Shown here one piece after another: positions 53,044-64,000 of a stretch of DNA of 64,000 nucleotides. Each line of letters starts with the position of its first letter. The stretch's first letter is position 1. The stretch comes from the human T2T-CHM13v2.0 reference genome, Homo sapiens. The position numbers and the translations under genes are program-made. The notes beneath the pieces were generated by a model. That model was not told where the DNA came from. It was given only the letters and a program-made list of their open reading frames with translations, and made no database searches. Where the stretch lies: the NCBI RefSeq assembly GCF_009914755.1, contig NC_060944.1, one strand, 5' to 3'.

Positions 53044-53370
<327 letters not shown>

Positions 53371-53393
53371 TGACATGGAGTCTTGCTTTGTAG

Positions 53394-53666
<273 letters not shown>

Positions 53667-55281
53667 TAATCCATATTCAAATATCTGCAATTACCCCCCA
53701 AATGTCCCTTACAGTCTCTTCCCCCCAGTCCAGAGTTCAGTAAAGGATCATGCATACATTTGAAAGCTATGTCTTGTCACTGTCTTTTAATCTAGAAGAG
53801 TCCCTCATCTCTTTTGTCCTTTCGGGATATTGACAGTTTTGGGGTCCGGGCCAGTTGTACTGAATACCCTGACATCTGGATCTGCTTTATTGTTTTCTCA
53901 TGATTTGGTTAGGATTAAGCTTTTATGGCTAGAATATTAAACAGGTGATGGTGTGTCTTTCCCATTGCTTCATATCAGAAAGAAATAATGTAAATGTGTC
54001 CCATTATTGATGATGCTAAGTTTGATCTGTTGGATCAAACTTAATATGTCTTCATTGGAAACATACATTTTGGGGTTAATAAGTAATCTGTGGCCTTCAA
54101 GACTACGAGACTGTCTTGTTCTCCACCCACCTTTCACCCAGTAATGTTTGTGTTTGTTTGTTTTGAGATGAAGTCTCGCTCTGTTGCCCAGGCTGGAGTG
54201 CAGTGGCGCAATCTCGGCTCACTGCAACCTTCTGTTCTTCTTCTCTTGCCTCAGCCTCCCTCCCGAGTAGCTGGGACTACAGGCACGAGCCACTTCACAT
54301 TGCAAGTTTTGCTTTTTTTTTTTTTTTTTTTTTTAGTAGAGATGGGGTTTCACCATTTTGGCCAGGCTGGTCTGGAACTCCCAACCTCAGGTGATCCACC
54401 CGCCTTGGCTTCCGAAAGTACTGGGATTACAGGCGTGAGCCACCGCGCCCAGCCCCCACCCAGTAGTTTTTTTTGTTTTGTTTTGGGTTTTTTTTGTATT
54501 TTTAGTAGAGACGGGGTTTCACCATGTTAGCCAGGATGGTCTCGATCTCCTGAGCTCGTGATCCACCCACCTTGGCCTCCCAAAGTGCTAGGATTACAGG
54601 TGTGAGCCACCACACCTGGCCAACCCAGTAGTTTTTATCATCCCTTGATGATCCCTCCCTGGATTATCATGCTGGTGGTTGCAAAATTGTAACTTTCTAA
54701 TTCTACCATTGCTTCCTCTTTTATTAGGTAATATTCCCCCCCAAAAGGAGCTCCCGCCCTTTTTCTGGGGTATCACTATGGACTCATAAACTTTTTTTTA
54801 TTTTATGTGTTATAATCCATTACTATGGTTATTCTATTTTCCCTTGGTTTTATTAGGGTATCATTTACATAAAATGAAATGCATAGATATTAGGTAATAT
54901 GTAATCTGATGAATTTTGACATATGTATATACTTGTGTAACCAACACCTGAATTTAACCAATACTCCCAATGGATATAGAAATTTCCATTACTCCAGAAA
55001 GTTCTCATGCACTTGTTACTTACTAACTCCAAAGGAGAAAAATGTACCTCTCCACTGTTCTAATTTTATCATCATAGATTAATTTTGACTGTTCCATAAC
55101 TTCCTATAAATGGAACCATCTAATATATAGTCTTTTGTGTTTAGCTTTTTTCACTAAGGATGATGTTTTCTAGATTCATCCATGTTGATCTGCATGTCAG
55201 TGGTTCATTCCTTTTTACTGCTGGGAAGTGTACCGTCTCAGGAAATGATAGTCCAGGGCCGGGTGCAGTGCCTCACACCTA

Positions 55282-56170
<889 letters not shown>

Positions 56171-56527
56171 CAAGAACAAAACTCTGTCTCAAAAAAAAGA
56201 AAAAAAATTCTGTGTGTGTGTATTTCTCATTCTTTTTGATGCTCAAATTGTCCCAAATTTGACCATTGGTAGTCCTCTCAAATTAATTCCTGTGTCGTCT
56301 TTGGGACAATCTTAATTTTAAATGGGCCCTGTGGGACTTAAACTTGTCCAACACTATGATCGGTTCTGAGTTCAGAAAATAGTCTCTCTAAATTTTTGTT
56401 CCAATCTCCACAGATGTAGATTCTTACCTCATTCCCAAAGCTAGTCACTCCTTAATCTACAACAGCCATTCTTCAGCAACACTGAAGACTCTTATGACAT
56501 AAAGTTGAAACTTCTTTCCCCAAATGA

Positions 56528-56642
56528 TGCATGCATCCGACACACAGGCAGACACACACGTGCATGCGCAGACACACAGGCAGACACACACGTGTGCGTG
56601 CGGACACACAGGCAGACACACGTGCATGCACACACACACACA
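56528..56642. repeat. Three ~31-bp units GACACACAGGCAGACAC(AC)ACGTG ending in (CA)n
   Basis: CACGTG at 56557, 56589 and 56619. Confidence 0.9.
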
Positions 56643-56700
56643 TTTTGCCAGTGGTTCTTGGATTGTTTACAGTGATCTCTAAATCACTGAACGCCTACTA

Positions 56701-57104
<404 letters not shown>

Positions 57105-57634
57105 CTAAGTGTTTGATACATGTCATCTTAACAAAGATGCATAAAATAGAGATTTCATAAACTAACAAATTATCACAGCACACTAGAATACATACTATTG
57201 TAAATAAAGGCATGTAGTCACTGAATTACATTCATTCACCAGATATTTCTTGAAAACTTCCTATGTACAAGCTCTGCCCCAGGCGTGGGGGATACATCTG
57301 TGAATAAGACAAATGCAGCCTGTGCCTTCTAGGGCTCAAGTCTAGTGGAGGAAGGCAGACACATAAGCAATTACCATCAGAGCTCCAACCCACACAAACA
57401 TTTTTAAAAACATATTATTGTAGAGACAGGTTCTCACTATGTTGCCCAGGCTTGTCTCAAACTCCTGGCCTCCAGCAATCCCCTCACCTCTGCCTTTCAA
57501 AACATTGGGATTGCAGGCGTGAGCCACTGCATCTAACCCAAAAATATGTTTCAAAAAGAAAAACAAAATCTAAAACCCACTGCCTCTGAATCTGTACTAT
57601 ATTCTTTGGAAGCTCCTCACAGGTGACAAATTAG

Positions 57635-57930
<296 letters not shown>

Positions 57931-58471
57931 TGATCCGCAGGTGCAGATAGAAAAGAAATCCCAGATTGAGTGTTGTGCTGTAATCCTAGAAAACAATCGA
58001 TCAAATCAGAACAGACTCCATGAATAAAAAGAAGAGATTCCAACCAGAAATTAATGTCAGAAATTTGAAAAGGGAATATCATTTCAGATTCTTCAGCACC
58101 AAAAGATCATAAGAAGACATGATGAATAACTTTATGCCTATGTATTTGAAAATTTAAGTGGAACAGAAATATTTCTAGAAAAAAGTCTTACCTAAATGGA
58201 CACAAAACATAATAGAAAATTGGAATCATCCTATAACTATTAAAGACATTTCATCTCTAATTTAAAAGGTTCCCACAAAGAAAACTCCAATCCCTAATGC
58301 CTTTGAAATCTACCACACTTTTAAGGAAGAAATAATGCCAACATCACATAATTTCTTCCAAAGGCCAGGAAAAAAGGTCACCAACCGACATGAAAGCAAC
58401 ATAACATTGACACCAACATAGGAGATAAGGTGCAAAAATATCTCTAATTTCATTTCATTCAGTTCAAACCG

Positions 58472-58842
58472 TGATACAGTTTGCCTGTGTCCCCACCCGA
58501 ATCTCATTTTGAATTGTAGTTCCCATAATCCCCACATGTTGTGGGAGGGACCGGGTGGGAGGTAATTGAATCATGCGGGCAGTTACCCCCATGCTATTCT
58601 GATCATGAGTTAGTTCTCACAAAATCTGATGATTTTAGAAGGGGCTTTTCCCCCCATTCGCGCTTCACTTCTTGCTGCTGCCAGGTGAAGAAGACCTTGT
58701 TTGCTTCCCCTTCCACCATGATCATAAGTTTCCTGAGGCTTCCCCAGCTATGCGGAACTGTGAGTCAATTAAACCTCTTTCCTTTATCAATTACCCAGTT
58801 TTGAGTATGTCTTTATTGGCAGCGTGAGATTGGATTAATACA
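58472..58842 (+). mobile_element. THE1 (MaLR) solo LTR
   Basis: TGATACAGTTTGCCTGTGTCCCCACC...GGATTAATACA; TSD AACCG/AACTG. Confidence 0.9.
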
Positions 58843-58904
58843 AACTGCTTTCATTAATAAAATTGCATCAATTTGTTGCAGCAATGTTGGGAACATCTAG
58901 TACC

Positions 58905-59075
58905 CTTGTTCTCAGTCTTGAGCTTGCATTAGAATCACCTGGAGGGGTTGGCTTTGTTAAACCAGATTGGGGGCCCATCTGTGGTCAGGGATGGGGCCCA
59001 AGAGTTTTAAATACAACAAGATCCTTGGTAATGCTGTTGCCTCTGCACCAGGGACCACTTTTGACAATCACTGAC
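58905..59075. mobile_element. MER5A-like DNA transposon
   Basis: GTTCTCA...GCATTAGAATCACCTGGAGGG...GGGACCACTTTTGACAATCACTG. Confidence 0.7.
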
Positions 59076-59099
59076 CCAGTGGCACATACTATTTTGAAA

Positions 59100-61550
<2,451 letters not shown>

Positions 61551-62372
61551 AAGTCTCAAAAACACTACTGTAAGACACTAAACTATTAACTATTGCAAGG
61601 GAGTTTGTAAAAAATACAATAAACAGAATAGCTTACCTCTCTGCATGCAGAATGTTTTCTTTGCTAACTTTATTTTTCAAGGCTGGATTTATACCACACT
61701 GGGCTTGCAAACTTGCTGCTTCATGGGTTGGTGGGGAGGGGTAGGAGAGGGGTGTGTGGGGTATATATGTTTTCTTTTTTATTTTATGGTCTTTTTAAAA
61801 AATTGAGATATAATTCATACACCATAAAATTCACACTATTAAAGTACAATTCAGTGGTTTTTAGTATATTCCCAATATTGTGTAACTATCATCACTATCT
61901 AATTCCAGAACATATTAATCACCCATCAAAAAAATCCATACCCATGAAGAGTAACTCCCCATTTTCCCTGCCCCTGGTCCCTGCCAACCACTAATTTACT
62001 TCCTGTCTCCATAGATTAATCTATTCTAGATATTTTATATAAAAGGAATCACACAGTATGTGGCCTTTTATGTCTGGCTTCTTCCACTTAGCATATATTT
62101 TTAAAGGTTTATCCACGTTGCAGCATTTATCAGTAGGTCATTCCATTTAGTGGTCAAGTAATATGCCATTGTATGAATATTCCACATTTTAATCATTTGT
62201 AAGTTGATGAATGCTAGGATTGTTTCCACTTTTAGCTATTATGAATAATGCTGTTACAAACTGACGTACAAACTTTTGTGTAGACGTAATTCATTTTAGT
62301 TTTCTCTTGGGTGAGTGGAATTGCTGGGTCACATGGTAACTTAATCTTTAATTTTAATTAATTTATTTATAG

Positions 62373-62507
<135 letters not shown>

Positions 62508-63241
62508 TAGTAGAGACGGGGTTTCGCCATGTTGGCCAGGCTGGGCAATGTTTAATTTTTGATAAGCCAATAAAGTGTTTTCCAAACCAGCTACCCCGTT
62601 TTATATCCCCGCTAGCAATGGATGAAAATTCCAGGGCTGGGCGCGGTGGCTCACGCCTGTAATCCAGCACTTTGGGAGGCTGAGGCGGGCAGATCATTTG
62701 AGCGCAGTAGTTCGAGACCAGCCTGGGCAACGTGGCAAAACCCTGTCTCTACAAAAAATAAAAAATTAGCCAGGCGTGGTGGCATGCGCCTGTGGTCCCA
62801 GCTACTTGGGAGGCTGAGGTAGGAGTATCACTTGAGCCCCAGAAGTCGAGGCTTCAGTGAGCTTTGATTGCGGCACTGCACTCCAGCCCGGGCAACAGAG
62901 TGAGAACCTGTCTCAAAAAATAATAAATAAATAAATAAATAAAAATTTTAAAAACAAAATTCCAAATTCTCCACATCCTCACTAACATCTCCCACCTCAG
63001 CCTCCCTAAAAGCTGTGACTACAAGTGCGAGCCACCATGCTCAGCTAATTTTTTTATTTTTGGTAGAGACAGGGTTTCGCCATGTTACCCAGGTCTTAAA
63101 CTCCTGGACTCAAACTATCCACCCACTTTGGCCTCCCAAAGTGCTGGGATTACAGGCTTAAGCCACTGTTCCTGGCCTTTTTTTTTTAAATAAATGATTT
63201 TTAAAAATTTTTATATTGACAAGGCTGGGCGTGGTGGCTCA

Positions 63242-63523
<282 letters not shown>

Positions 63524-64000
63524 TTACATTGACAAATAAAATTAGTATATATTTATCAAGTACATGTTGTTTTGAAATATATATACATTGTGGAATGGCT
63601 AAATTGAGGTAATTAGCATATGTGATTAACTTTAGACTTTAAGGATATGTACTCGTCATAATGGTCTCTATTAGCCAGGAACCTGACAGGAAACAGATGG
63701 CTCATTCAAATTAGAAAAATTAGTGGAAGGTTTAATAAAGAGACTACTTACAAAGGTGTGGACAGAGTGTTAGAGAACCGCAAGGGAAAATACAGTAATC
63801 CTATACAGCCAATCCTATCCCTAGCCTGAAGGGAATAAGAGAATGGTTACTGTATTAGTCAGAATTACAAAACAGAACTAATGGAATATGTTTGTGTAAG
63901 GAGGGCGAGGTGGCTTACACCTGTAATCCCAGCACTTTGGGAGGCGGAGGTGGGTGGATCACCTGATGTCAGAAGTTGGAGGCCAGCCTGACTAACATGG

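Overview
Human (at most great-ape) genomic DNA holding the 5' half of TRPC4AP (TRUSS, a CRL4/DDB1 substrate receptor, 20q11.22) on the minus strand. Coding exons 1-6 (codons 1-219) splice in frame with canonical GT-AG junctions. A CpG-island promoter lies at about 46.6-47.6 kb, followed by about 17 kb of repeat-dominated upstream DNA. Introns and flank contain about 60 Alus, old L1M fragments, one full-length but dead L1PA-type element (sense to the gene, in intron 2), THE1/MLT/ERV1 LTRs, DNA-transposon fossils and several unusual simple repeats. Almost all ORFs in the supplied track are Alu, L1 or microsatellite artefacts. I cannot demonstrate a new biological system from sequence alone. The best lead is a 1.1-kb alternating purine-pyrimidine VNTR about 4.4 kb upstream of the start codon, built from palindromic CACGCGTG/CACATGTG (non-canonical E-box) units, in front of a gene whose product degrades MYC. 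Other leads are an Alu-tail-derived GAA/GAC/GAT tract in intron 3 and the sense L1 whose promoters flank exons 2-3. Repeat subfamily calls and repeat boundaries are by eye and approximate.
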